From: Actinomycetota bacterium
GTDB taxonomy: Bacteria; Actinomycetota; Acidimicrobiia; Acidimicrobiales; CADCSY01
Direction of reading: 5' to 3'
Length of the DNA: 30,108 nt
NCBI GenBank assembly: GCA_016178435.1
Contig: JACOTK010000067.1
Coordinates: 1 to 30,108 of the forward strand
Shown here: piece after piece, positions 18,259 through 29,380 of the stretch
Numbering within the stretch: the first letter of the stretch is position 1
Layout: each line of letters begins with the position of its first letter
Notes under the pieces: model-generated
The model's input: the letters and a program-made list of their open reading frames with translations, nothing else
Database searches by the model: none
What the model was told of the DNA's origin: nothing
Translations under genes and position numbers: made by a program

Positions 18259-19773
18259 GTGGACGTGCTGAGCGGACCGGTGGCAGGGGTGTTCCGGGCC
18301 CCCGACGTCGACTATCACGCCTTTGCCCCGGAGCTCGTGCTCGTGGCGGTGCTGGTGGCTGTTCTCGTGGTCGATCTCGTCCTCGAGGGCCGAGGCCGAC
18401 GTCTCGTCGGAGGTCTGGCAGGCATCGGTCTTCTGGCGGCGATGGTGCCCGTGTTGACCCTGGCGGTCGACGGCGCCAATCGCTCGATGGTCGGGGGGGC
18501 CTACGTCGTCGATGATTTTGCCCTCGTCTTCAAGGGCCTGTTCCTCATTGCCGGCTACGTCACCATGTTGCTCAGCAGCGACTATCTCGCCGATGACGAC
18601 TACTACGAGGGCGAGTACTACTTCCTCTTATTATCCTCGGTGCTGGGCATGATGGTCATGGCATCCTCCCGTGACCTCATCAGCATCTTCGTGGCCCTCG
18701 AACTGCTCTCCATCCCGGCCTACATGCTGGCCGGATGGCGAAAGCGTGACCTGAAGGGCAACGAGGCCACGCTCAAGTACTACCTGCTCGGCGTTTTCGC
18801 CACCGGCGTCATGCTCTACGGCATGTCACTGATCTTCGGCATCACCGGCGAGACGGTGCTCACCGAGATCGGCTCGAAGCTCCAGGGCCCGGGTGCAAGC
18901 CTGCCGCTGGTGAGTCTCGGCATCGTCTTCGTGATCGTCGGCTTCGCCTTCAAGATCTCGGCTGTTCCCTTCCACAGTTGGGCGCCCGACACCTATGAGG
19001 GGGCCCCGACACCGATCACCGCCTTTCTCTCGGTGGCATCGAAGGCCGGCGGGTTTGTCGCTCTCATGCAGCTCGTCTTCATCGGGTTCCTGGGTCGCGA
19101 CGATGTGTGGCAGCCCATGTTCTGGGTGCTCGCCGCGCTCACGATGACCGTTGGCAACCTCATCGCACTGCGCCAGACCAACATCGTGCGCATGCTGGCG
19201 TACTCGTCGGTGGCACAGGCCGGCTACATGTTGTTGCCCTTCGCCGTCGCCGGTGACCTTGCGAAGGGTCCGGGTGCTGCGATGGGGCCCATGACCACCT
19301 ACCTGCTGATCTACGCAGCGATGAACCTCGGCGCCTTCGCCCTGGTGCTGGCTGTGGCCCGCAAGACGCGGTCGGGCGAGATCGCCTCGTACGGCGGGCT
19401 CTTCGAGTACGCGCCCGGCTTGACCGTCCTCATGAGCATCTTCGTGTTTGCTCTCGCCGGCATCCCCCCTCTCGGAGGTTGGTACGGCAAGTTGGTGGTG
19501 TTCAAGACCCTGCTCGATGCGAACACACCCTGGGCCATCGTGCTCGGTGTGATCGCCGCGGTGAACTCCGTGATCGCGCTGTATTACTACGCGTCGGTCG
19601 CGCGCGAGATGTGGATGCGGCCTGTGCCCGATGGTGACACCACCCCGGTTCGGGTTCCCGCAGGCTTGACTGCGGCACTCTCGCTGTGTGCGGTTGCCAC
19701 GGTGGTGATCGGCGTCTATCCCCAGGTCGTCGCCCGATTCGGCGACCTCGCCGTCTTCAGCCTGCTTCCCTGA
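18259..19773 (+). CDS. nuoN: NADH-quinone oxidoreductase subunit N, second cluster
   Basis: LELLSIPAY, EATLKYYLLG, FKISAVPFHSWAPDTYEGAPTP, RMLAYSSVAQAG, LAGIPPLGG. Confidence 0.97.
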   Translation: MDVLSGPVAGVFRAPDVDYHAFAPELVLVAVLVAVLVVDLVLEGRGRRLVGGLAGIGLLAAMVPVLTLAVDGANRSMVGGAYVVDDFALVFKGLFLIAGYVTMLLSSDYLADDDYYEGEYYFLLLSSVLGMMVMASSRDLISIFVALELLSIPAYMLAGWRKRDLKGNEATLKYYLLGVFATGVMLYGMSLIFGITGETVLTEIGSKLQGPGASLPLVSLGIVFVIVGFAFKISAVPFHSWAPDTYEGAPTPITAFLSVASKAGGFVALMQLVFIGFLGRDDVWQPMFWVLAALTMTVGNLIALRQTNIVRMLAYSSVAQAGYMLLPFAVAGDLAKGPGAAMGPMTTYLLIYAAMNLGAFALVLAVARKTRSGEIASYGGLFEYAPGLTVLMSIFVFALAGIPPLGGWYGKLVVFKTLLDANTPWAIVLGVIAAVNSVIALYYYASVAREMWMRPVPDGDTTPVRVPAGLTAALSLCAVATVVIGVYPQVVARFGDLAVFSLLP

Positions 19774-19791
19774 GGTTCGAGAGCCCCGGCC

Positions 19792-20979
19792 ATGAGTGCG
19801 GAGGCCATGGCGGCGGTGCGCGAACGGGTCCGTCGTCTCGGGTCGCTTCCCTATGACGACATCGTGGATGCGGCGCTCTACGGCTCGGGTGGATTCTTCG
19901 CCGAGGGTGGGGGAGCGGGGCGGCGAGCGGATTTTCTCACGAGCCCTGAGGTGGGCCCGTTGTTCGGAGCGGTGGTCAGTCGATTCCTGGACGAGGAATG
20001 GGATCGTCTGGGCCAACCCGATTTCTTCGTCGTCGTCGAGGCCGGAGCGGGCAGGGGGGCGCTGGCTGCAGGCGTTCTCGCTGCCAAGCCGCGTTGCCTG
20101 AAGGCCTTGCGCTATGTCTGTGTCGAACGGTCCCAGGTGCTGCGGGCGCGGATCGAATCGTCCCTTGCCGTTGAGCCGGCGATCAACATCTTCGGCACGC
20201 TCGACCATGACGACGATGACTTCATCGCTCCCTCGGTGGCGGCGAGCCTTGCAGGTTCCCGGGGGCCGATCGTCACTGTCCTCGATGATCTGCCCGCTCT
20301 CTCGTTCTCCGGGGTCCTGTTCGCGAACGAGCTCTTGGACAACTTGTCCTTTCGGCTGATGGAGCGCGTCGGCCCTCGCCATGAGGGGTCGGATCTGCGT
20401 CCGCGCTGGGCGGAGGTGCGCGTCGGGCTGTCCGATGACGACCAGACGCTGGTGGAGGTGCTGGTGGAGGCATCGGGCGACCTCGAGGCAGAGGCCGAAC
20501 GTCTTGCTCCCGATGCGCCGGTCGGTGCACGCCTGCCTCTCCAGGCAGGAGCCCAGTCCTGGCTGCACCGTGCACTGAGCATTCTCGACCGAGGTCGCCT
20601 GGTGGTCATCGACTACGCCGACCACTCGTCGTCGCTCGTGACCCGACCGTGGCGGGACTGGGTCCGAACGTACCGCGCGCAGGAGCGCGGCGGCCATCCC
20701 CTCGATGATCTCGGCGAGCAGGACATCACCTGCGAGGTTGCCGTCGATCAGCTCGCCCGGGTTCGTGCGCCCGACCTGGACATCAGCCAATCCGAGTGGC
20801 TCACACGCCATGGCGTCGGCGTGCTGGTCGCCGAAGCCAGGGACACCTGGCACGAACGAGCCGCCATCGGTGATCTCCGGGCAATGGTTGCCCGGAGTCG
20901 TATCGGCGAGGCGGACGCCCTCACCGACCCCAAAGGCCTCGGCGCCTTTCGCGTGCTCGAGTGGGTCATCGACGGATGA
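19792..20979 (+). CDS. MidA/NDUFAF7-family SAM-dependent (protein-arginine) methyltransferase
   Basis: ALYGSGGFF, DFLTSPEVGPLFG, SAM motif VVEAGAGRGALA, ANELLDNL, IDY, QDITCEV, LTDPKGLGAF. Confidence 0.88.
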   Translation: MSAEAMAAVRERVRRLGSLPYDDIVDAALYGSGGFFAEGGGAGRRADFLTSPEVGPLFGAVVSRFLDEEWDRLGQPDFFVVVEAGAGRGALAAGVLAAKPRCLKALRYVCVERSQVLRARIESSLAVEPAINIFGTLDHDDDDFIAPSVAASLAGSRGPIVTVLDDLPALSFSGVLFANELLDNLSFRLMERVGPRHEGSDLRPRWAEVRVGLSDDDQTLVEVLVEASGDLEAEAERLAPDAPVGARLPLQAGAQSWLHRALSILDRGRLVVIDYADHSSSLVTRPWRDWVRTYRAQERGGHPLDDLGEQDITCEVAVDQLARVRAPDLDISQSEWLTRHGVGVLVAEARDTWHERAAIGDLRAMVARSRIGEADALTDPKGLGAFRVLEWVIDG

Positions 20980-21101
20980 TCAGTGCTCGAGCCCTCAGGA
21001 CCGGATTCGATGTCCTCGGCTGTGCGGATGAAGTGCCGGACGTGCTCGCCTAGGCTCAGGCTGCTCGTACTTCATCGTCATTTGCCAGGGGGAAAGACGT
21101 C

Positions 21102-23064
<1,963 letters not shown>

Positions 23065-23087
<23 letters not shown>

Positions 23088-23571
23088 CCTGTTCCCCGAT
23101 CACTGGAGGCAGCGTCCCGGTGGTTGTCCGCCGGGTCCGACGGTCGTCTTCGACATGGACGGGGTCCTGTCGGACGCGGCCACCCGTCAGCACTATCTGA
23201 CCAGTCCTCGGCCCGACTGGAAGGGGTTCTTTGCCGCGTGCGGTGACGACCCACTTGTGGACGAGGTGGCGCGGCTCACCGAGTTGCTCGACCCCGATCT
23301 GCGCCTCGTGCTCCTGACCGCTCGTCCCATGTCGGTGCAGCCGCAGACCCTGGCATGGCTCGAGCGTTACGAGTTGCGTTGGGACATGCTCATCATGCGC
23401 CAGACGAGTTCGTACGTCCCGTCATCCACCTTCAAGCGTGAGACGGTGCACGCGTTGCGGGCTGCCGGCTACGACCTGCAGTTGGCCTTCGAGGATGACC
23501 GCCGCAACGTCGACATGTTCCACAGTGAGGGCGTGCCCTGCATCTACATTCACAGCGGCTACTACGACTGA
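23065..23571 (+). CDS. HAD-superfamily phosphatase (PNKP C-terminal-like)
   Basis: VFDMDGV (DxD), LTAR, FKR, FEDDRRN HAD motifs. Start is uncertain; ATG 23065 overlaps the acs end. Confidence 0.8.
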
Positions 23572-23643
23572 GCGCACGTACACGGAGGGCAGCTACACAG
23601 AGGGTGGCTTCGCGCCAACCGGAGTTGCCCGTCGTGCAGCCCG

Positions 23644-23669
23644 GGAACGTTTGGGACCGCCCGGACGTT
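23644..23669 (+). promoter_or_regulatory. ECF sigma (SigE/SigH/SigR-type) promoter upstream of htpX
   Basis: GGAAC (23644-23648), 18 nt spacer, GTT (23667-23669), matching the actinobacterial GGAAY-N18-GTT consensus. Confidence 0.55.
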
Positions 23670-23718
23670 GGGAGTGACGAGGAGTGGTCCCACTCCGAGG
23701 CGAGAAAGGTTTCGGTAG

Positions 23719-24561
23719 ATGTTGAACAAGAACAATCTCAAGACCGTGGTCATGCTGGCCGGCCTCGCCGGTCTCTTGATCCTGATCGGCGGTCAGTTCG
23801 GCGGCCGGTCCGGTGCGACGATCATGTTCATGATCAGTCTCGTCATGGTCGGCAGCTCCTACTGGTTCTCCGACAAGCTGGCCATCAAGGCGGCGAGGGC
23901 AGTTCCGGTCACCGAGGTGGAGATGCCCGAGTACTACGCGATCGTGCACGAGCTGACCCGGGCAGCGGGCCTGCCGATGCCCAGGCTCTACGTCACCCCC
24001 GACGCCCAGCCCAATGCCTTTGCCACCGGACGTAACCCTGAGCACGCCGCGGTGGCCGTGACCCGAGGACTGGTCGACCTGTGCGATCGCGATGAGCTGC
24101 GCGGCGTGCTGGCCCACGAGCTCAGCCATGTCGCCCATCGCGACATCCTGATCGGCTCGGTGGCAGCGGCGGTGGCCACGGCGATCATGTATCTGGCGAC
24201 CATGGCGCAATGGGCAGCGATCTTCGGCGGACGTCGTGATGAGGACAGCAACCCGTTGGCGCTTCTCGCCATGGCCATGCTGGCGCCCACGGCGGCAGGT
24301 CTCCTGCAGATGGCACTGAGCCGCAGCCGCGAGTTCGAGGCGGACCGCTCGGCAGCACGCCTCATCGGCACGGGTGAGCCACTGGCCCGAGCGCTCCTCA
24401 AGCTCGAGAGCTACGCGAAGGCGATCCCCATGAACATCGACCCTGCCCATGCCTCTGCCTTCATCATCAACCCGTTGACCGGGCGCAAGGCGAACTTCTC
24501 CAATCTCTTTCGTACTCACCCGTCGACGGAGGAACGAATCGCTCGCCTGCGCGCCTTGTGA
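23719..24561 (+). CDS. htpX: Zinc metalloprotease HtpX (M48)
   Basis: QPNAFATGRNP, GVLAHELSH (HExxH), SRSREFEADR, FRTHPSTEERI. Confidence 0.95.
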   Translation: MLNKNNLKTVVMLAGLAGLLILIGGQFGGRSGATIMFMISLVMVGSSYWFSDKLAIKAARAVPVTEVEMPEYYAIVHELTRAAGLPMPRLYVTPDAQPNAFATGRNPEHAAVAVTRGLVDLCDRDELRGVLAHELSHVAHRDILIGSVAAAVATAIMYLATMAQWAAIFGGRRDEDSNPLALLAMAMLAPTAAGLLQMALSRSREFEADRSAARLIGTGEPLARALLKLESYAKAIPMNIDPAHASAFIINPLTGRKANFSNLFRTHPSTEERIARLRAL

Positions 24562-24670
24562 TGGAACGTCGCGCTGACTGATGAGTACCCGGACCGTGCA
24601 GCCCGAGCGACCGCCGCGCTGAGTCTCCTCGCATTGGACCGTTCCCGGGGCTTTCCCCTATCCTGTGACG

Positions 24671-25972
24671 ATGGTCACCATTCTGGGGAAGCGACGCGCC
24701 GCGGGGATCGTGGCGGTTGTCGTGGCCGCCGTCGTGGTTGCTCCGTGGGCCATCAGTGGCGCCCGGGCTGTGACGGTGACGGAGTTCTTCGGTGGCACCA
24801 CCACCACGACCACCACGACCGTCAGCTCCGTGCCGGACCCGGCCGCAACGGCTGGGCCGGAGGAAGCACCGGCTTCCACGGTTCCGGGTCCCGATGTGAC
24901 GACGCCGCCCTCCTCGGTGCCCCCTGTCCCCGGCGATACTCTCGCACCCGGCGATGTCCCTTCTCCCGCTGAGCCTCCGGCCGTCGCGACCCCGGACCTG
25001 GTCCCACTTGTGGATCCACCGCCTCCGACGGAGGGCAGCGGTGACGGCGCCGAGCTTTCCGGGATGGGCTCGAACGGATTCCCCGCCGATCTCCAGGCCC
25101 TGACCGACTCGGTGGAGCGCACCCCGTCGAGAAGCACTCGCCCGCTTCTCGACGCACTGGCTCCCCTGGCCCAGTACGGAATCTCCCCCGAACAGGCTGT
25201 GCTTGGGGGGTTCGGCCGATTTCCGGTCGCCGGCCTGGCCGGTTACTCCCACGACTGGTGGTTCCCTCGGTTCGGTCCCGGGTGGCGGTTGCATCAGGGC
25301 ACCGACATCTTCGCCGCGTTCAACACACCCATCCGCGCCCCGGCGGCAGGACGGGTTCACATCACCATGGGTGGACTTGGTGGCCTGGCCGTCTATGTGA
25401 TCGAGCCCAATCGCACTTACTGGTATCTCGCCCATCTTGGCGGTCTTGCGCCGGGGCTGGTCGAGGGCTCAGAGGTCACGATCGGCCAGGTGGTCGGGTT
25501 CGTCGGTGACTCGGGCAACGCTCGGGGAGGAGCGCCGCACCTGCACCTCGAGTTTCACCCCGGCGGCGGTCCGGCCGTCGACCCCAAGTTTGTGCTCGAT
25601 CAGTTCCTGGACGAGGCAATGGCGGGGGTGCCACAGCTCATCGCAACCGCGGCCCAACAGGCAGCGGCAGGGGCCGCTGCACAGGCTCAGGCACAGGCCG
25701 ATCTGGCCGCACGTTCGGCGCCTGATCCGTTGACGCTCGACGGACCGGGTCGTTCGGCGCTGCTCTGGGCCTCCTCGATGAACCCCGCCAGTGGCGCCAT
25801 CGAGGTCGCGCAGGCAGAGGCGCTCCGCGCCGTCACGCACATCGATTGGCAGCGCTTCCAGCGAGAGGAGCAGGAAGCGGAATGGGACAGGATGTTGGCC
25901 AAGGGCATGGTTCAGGCCTGGCTCAACCGGCTCACGCCGCCTGCGCTTGCCTCGTTGCTCGGTTCTCACTGA
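24671..25972 (+). CDS. Secreted/anchored M23-family peptidase
   Basis: N-terminal signal/TM, poly-Thr and Pro-rich linker, HQGTDIF (HxxxD), YLAHL, PHLHLE (HxH). TATCCT at 24659-24664 lies 6 nt before ATG 24671, suggesting a leaderless start. Confidence 0.9.
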   Translation: MVTILGKRRAAGIVAVVVAAVVVAPWAISGARAVTVTEFFGGTTTTTTTTVSSVPDPAATAGPEEAPASTVPGPDVTTPPSSVPPVPGDTLAPGDVPSPAEPPAVATPDLVPLVDPPPPTEGSGDGAELSGMGSNGFPADLQALTDSVERTPSRSTRPLLDALAPLAQYGISPEQAVLGGFGRFPVAGLAGYSHDWWFPRFGPGWRLHQGTDIFAAFNTPIRAPAAGRVHITMGGLGGLAVYVIEPNRTYWYLAHLGGLAPGLVEGSEVTIGQVVGFVGDSGNARGGAPHLHLEFHPGGGPAVDPKFVLDQFLDEAMAGVPQLIATAAQQAAAGAAAQAQAQADLAARSAPDPLTLDGPGRSALLWASSMNPASGAIEVAQAEALRAVTHIDWQRFQREEQEAEWDRMLAKGMVQAWLNRLTPPALASLLGSH

Positions 25973-26071
25973 ACGAGCCTCCGGTCAACCCCGACCTGCC
26001 GACGGTCTCTTGCGCCGTCCGCCCCGGTCCTGAAGGAGTTGGCGCGACTCCTCGGGTTGTCGTGTGTTCCC

Positions 26072-27454
26072 TCAGGGGGTTGGCTCGCCGACGAGTTCAC
26101 CGAAGTTGAGTCGGGCCCGGTCCGCAGCAGATCGGCCTTCTGCCCAACCGGCCGGGTCGTAGCCACTCCGAACCCGGGAGCTCGTCAATTCGCCGAATCG
26201 CTCGGCCACCACGTCGTCGACCTCCGCCGACCTCGAGTGAAGGACGGGTAGAAACGCCGAGCCGTGCTCGGCCTCGACCTCGGCGAAGACCGCCTCGTTG
26301 ATCTCGCTCAGGCGGTCACCGATTCGGCCGGCGTAGGCGACGAGGAACGCGGAGCGATACGACTGGCTGCGCGTTCGAGTGCCGGCAGGCGCTCGTTTCG
26401 CGGCATCGGTCAGAGCGGTTTGAGCCTGGAGAAGGAGTGAGGTGAACAGCAGCTCCACGCCGGCGAGATCGCCGGCAAAGCCGACAACGCTCGACATGGC
26501 CAAGTCCGCATCAAAAACGGAACGACACCGACCTGCCCGAGCGACGGTCTGCAACAGAAACGACTTGGCATCGGCGTAGGGAGCATCGATCGGGACGCGG
26601 ATGGTGACCGGATGCTCGTTGTTCCGTCCGGTTTGGCCCTGGAGCAGTGCGGCATCGATGGCGTGGCGGGTCATCAAGGCCTGAGCCTTGGCGGTGAACG
26701 CCGTGGCCTCGGCCTCGAAGGTGGTGGACTCGGCCATGGCCAGGAGAGCCCGGATGCGATCGAGGATCGGGTTGGTCTCGGCGCCGGCGCCGCCACGGGG
26801 TCGAGATGACGGTACGGCGCGAGGTCCGGACCCGGCCGAACCGGGCAGGGGGAGCAGCGGATCAAGGGGTGGGAGTTGCATGAGGTTGGCGAGCGCATCC
26901 ACCATGCCCGCAACCGTGGTGGTTCGGTCAAAGCCCTCCAGGCTCACCCAGCGACCGACCCAGCCCTCCCGGCCGTTCACCGCCGGGAGGGCCAGACCCT
27001 CGATCTGGGAGATCCAGCGTTGGTCAAGGGTGACCGACCGACGACCGACATGGTCGGTGGCCATGGCCAGGTGCACGAGCCTGGCACCGGCGGCCGTGGG
27101 ACAGCCCAAACGTGCCTGGCGGTGGAGCTCGCTGGGTTGCCAGCCCCGAATCCACACGGAGTCCACCTCGTCGAGCAGCGCCGCCTCGGCCGCACGATCG
27201 ACAACGTCGGGAGCCATCTGCGTCAGTCTGAACAGCCCCTGGCCGGCAAACCCGTCACGCCGATGCCGGGCCTGAGCGGTGAGCCACAACAGACCGCGTG
27301 CATCCTCGGTCTCGGTGAATCGGGATTCGCCGGCGGTCGGGGGCGGGCGCCGTGACCCGGGGTTCTCGTTCGACCCCCACGAGGAAGGGCCATTCCCTCG
27401 TTGTGCTCGGGTCTTCGCCTTGGCGGCACGACGTGCCTTGTTGTTCTTTCCCAT
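26072..27454 (-). CDS. DUF2786 domain-containing protein (long actinobacterial form)
   Basis: ILDRIRALLAMAESTTFEAEATAFTAKAQALMTRHAID, YADAKSFLL, RSAFLVAYAGRIGDRL. TAGTGT lies 6 nt upstream of the ATG (leaderless). Confidence 0.85.
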   Translation of the reverse strand: MGKNNKARRAAKAKTRAQRGNGPSSWGSNENPGSRRPPPTAGESRFTETEDARGLLWLTAQARHRRDGFAGQGLFRLTQMAPDVVDRAAEAALLDEVDSVWIRGWQPSELHRQARLGCPTAAGARLVHLAMATDHVGRRSVTLDQRWISQIEGLALPAVNGREGWVGRWVSLEGFDRTTTVAGMVDALANLMQLPPLDPLLPLPGSAGSGPRAVPSSRPRGGAGAETNPILDRIRALLAMAESTTFEAEATAFTAKAQALMTRHAIDAALLQGQTGRNNEHPVTIRVPIDAPYADAKSFLLQTVARAGRCRSVFDADLAMSSVVGFAGDLAGVELLFTSLLLQAQTALTDAAKRAPAGTRTRSQSYRSAFLVAYAGRIGDRLSEINEAVFAEVEAEHGSAFLPVLHSRSAEVDDVVAERFGELTSSRVRSGYDPAGWAEGRSAADRARLNFGELVGEPTP

Positions 27455-27550
27455 GACCGGACACTATCGGCCACGAGTGACACCCGAGTTGCCCGGCGCC
27501 TCAGCGGCCGTGAGCAACGGCGCAACCGCGGCGTTGCGGTGTCGGAGGCG

Positions 27551-27570
27551 AAAACGGTCCTGCGGGACCG
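27551..27570 (-). terminator. Intrinsic terminator-like hairpin
   Basis: Minus strand CGGTCC-CGCA-GGACCG followed by TTTT, about 19 nt after TGA 27589. Confidence 0.5.
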
Positions 27571-27588
27571 CCCTCGCCCGATGTTGCC

Positions 27589-28281
27589 TCAGTCCGAGAT
27601 CGCTTCCCTCAGTTGGCGAAGGGCATCGACGGTTTGGTGCGTGACCATTTCCTAAGCCTGACCCCAATCCGGTGGGTAGGAGATGCCCAGTACTGCGAGG
27701 CTGTTGGGAAGTTTGGAGGAGGCACCGGAGTGGAGGAAGTGGTTCCGTAGCATCCGAATCTGTTGAAGTTTCTTGAGGGCTTCAATCGCTTGTGCCTGGT
27801 CATCCTCCTGCAGCGAAGCCATGGCCCATGCCTTGAACCGTTGGAGTGAACCATCTCGGCTCTGCTTCGTTGCCTCTTGAGATAGCAGTTCGTCACCGAT
27901 CTTCATGTGATCGAGAAGGTCGGCGAGCGACCCGTTGAATCTCTGGAACTCATCCCGGTTGGTACAGGCAAGGCCAAGAATTCCCGTGCTGTACGCGGAC
28001 TTGAGCTCGACGAGTCGCGGATGATTGGCGCCACGTGCTCGCCATACAGCGTCAAGGTGATCGAAGGCCTCGAGAATCGCCAGTGGGCCCAGCGACGGCG
28101 CAGCCCCCACCGGTGGTGGGGCGACGACTTGTTCCCAGCAGTCGTGGCCCCCAGGCCGACATTTGGTCGCGGTGCTCACGCGGTCGTCATGCCCTGCGCG
28201 ACACAATGCAGTCTGGAAGTGTCTCGATGTCTGATCAACCTTCATGGCGACCTGAGGGTGGGAAAAGTGTGAGCACAGCAC
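27589..28281 (-). pseudogene. HEPN-motif (RxxxxH) protein with an in-frame amber codon near the C-terminus
   Basis: LQQIRMLRNHFLHS motif at 27730-27747. After TAG 27654-27652 the frame continues EMVTHQTVDALRQLREAISD to TGA 27591-27589. The N-terminus looks degenerate and the region is more A/T-rich than the nuo genes. Confidence 0.55.
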
Positions 28282-28495
28282 ACTTTCTGACGGAACTTCG
28301 CAACCGCGACACAGCGATGGAGTTGTTGGGGCAGCCCGTTGGCCTTTCTTCGTCAGGCGGACTGTTACGTCCTCGGAAGAAGGAGCCAGACAGAAGAGGT
28401 CCCGACCTTCGTCAACCTGCCAGAGGCACTGTTTGTCTCCGTCACGCAGCGCACGGATCGCGGCGAAGTCTTCTGCCGAAGAGCTGTCGATCGTG

Positions 28496-28984
28496 TCAGT
28501 CGCGGAAGTTGTTGAACTGCAGCGGGAGCTCGATGTCCGCCTCTTTCAGCACAGCGATGACCTCCTGGAGGTCGTCACGCTTCTTGCCCGTGACACGAAT
28601 CGACTCACCCTGGGTCGACGACTGAATCCCCTTGAGGCCCATGGCCTTGATCCGCTTGTTCAGGTCTCGCGCGGCATCACTCGATATCCCTGCCTTCAAG
28701 GTGACCACCTGGCGGACCGCCTGGCCGCTCGCCTCCTCGATCTTTCCCCAGTCGAGCACCTTGAGCGACAGCTTGCGCTTGACGAACTTCTCCTCGATGA
28801 CCTGATGCAGCGCTCGCAGGCGGTCCTCGCTGCCCGACCGCAAGGTCAGCTCACCCTTTCCGAGCTCAATGCTGGAATTGGTGTCCTTGAAGTCGAATCG
28901 GGTCGTGATCTCGCGCTGGGCCTGATCGACGGCATTGCGGACTTCCTGGTCGTCGATCTCTGAGACGATGTCAAAACTGGGCAC
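28496..28984 (-). CDS. yajQ: YajQ-family nucleotide/c-di-GMP-binding protein
   Basis: MPSFDIVSE, EVRNAVDQAQREITTRFDFK, RVTGKKRDDLQ, LQFNNFRD. Confidence 0.97.
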   Translation of the reverse strand: MPSFDIVSEIDDQEVRNAVDQAQREITTRFDFKDTNSSIELGKGELTLRSGSEDRLRALHQVIEEKFVKRKLSLKVLDWGKIEEASGQAVRQVVTLKAGISSDAARDLNKRIKAMGLKGIQSSTQGESIRVTGKKRDDLQEVIAVLKEADIELPLQFNNFRD

Positions 28985-28990
28985 AAGGGA

Positions 28991-28996
28991 ACATTA
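28991..28996 (-). promoter_or_regulatory. -10 element of a leaderless yajQ transcript
   Basis: TAATGT, 6 nt, then GTG start. A divergent TATCGT at 29026-29031 precedes the tRNA. Confidence 0.55.
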
Positions 28997-29380
28997 CCGG
29001 TCGCGGCTCTCGCCGCGCCGCACGCTATCGTTGCCGGCCAGGGGTCGGTGCCCGAGCGGCCAAAGGGAGCAGACTGTAAATCTGCCGGGAGACCTTCGGA
29101 GGTTCGAATCCTCCCCGGCCCACATGTTGGTGGCCTTGCAGGACGTCCAAACGCTCCTGCAAGGCCACCGTTGTTCTTTGGCCGCCTTCCGTATCGCATT
29201 CGGGTTGTCGCAGCGGGGGCATGGGCCGCCTGGCCCAATGCGGCGACACCCTGTGTTGCACTCGGTACACCGCCGGCCACCGAGGTAGCGGCTCTCACAT
29301 CGGGGGCACTCGTAGACCTGGCCGCGCTCCATCGTCGTGGCATCGTTGTGCACGGCGGACACGATGGCCTCGTGGGTCAT
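28994..29380 (-). CDS. Small Cys-rich zinc-ribbon protein; only 29380 to about 29190 is credible
   Basis: YECPRCESRYLGGRRCTECNTGCRRIGPGGPCPRCD has three CxxC pairs, of a type I recall near actinobacterial integrases. GAAGG RBS precedes the ATG. The tail runs antisense through the hairpin and tRNA. Confidence 0.55.
   Translation of the reverse strand: MTHEAIVSAVHNDATTMERGQVYECPRCESRYLGGRRCTECNTGCRRIGPGGPCPRCDNPNAIRKAAKEQRWPCRSVWTSCKATNMWAGEDSNLRRSPGRFTVCSLWPLGHRPLAGNDSVRRGESRDR
29042..29122 (+). tRNA. tRNA-Tyr(GTA)
   Basis: Acceptor GGGTCGG/CCGGCCC with discriminator A, D-arm CCCGAGCGGCCAAAGGG, anticodon arm GCAGA-CTGTAAA-TCTGC, long variable arm, T-arm GGAGG-TTCGAAT-CCTCC. CCA is not encoded. 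Confidence 0.97.
29129..29180 (+). terminator. 15-bp stem hairpin after tRNA-Tyr
   Basis: GGTGGCCTTGCAGGA (29129-29143), 11-nt loop, TCCTGCAAGGCCACC (29155-29169), followed by GTTGTTCTTTG. Confidence 0.75.

Noticed and set aside
24578-24620. Hammerhead ribozyme core CTGATGAG after htpX
   Set aside because: No stem II followed by GAAA, and no matching stems I/III.
28496-28984. yajQ as part of the c-di-GMP module
   Set aside because: It lies about 20 kb away in its usual position divergent from tRNA-Tyr; no specific link is visible.
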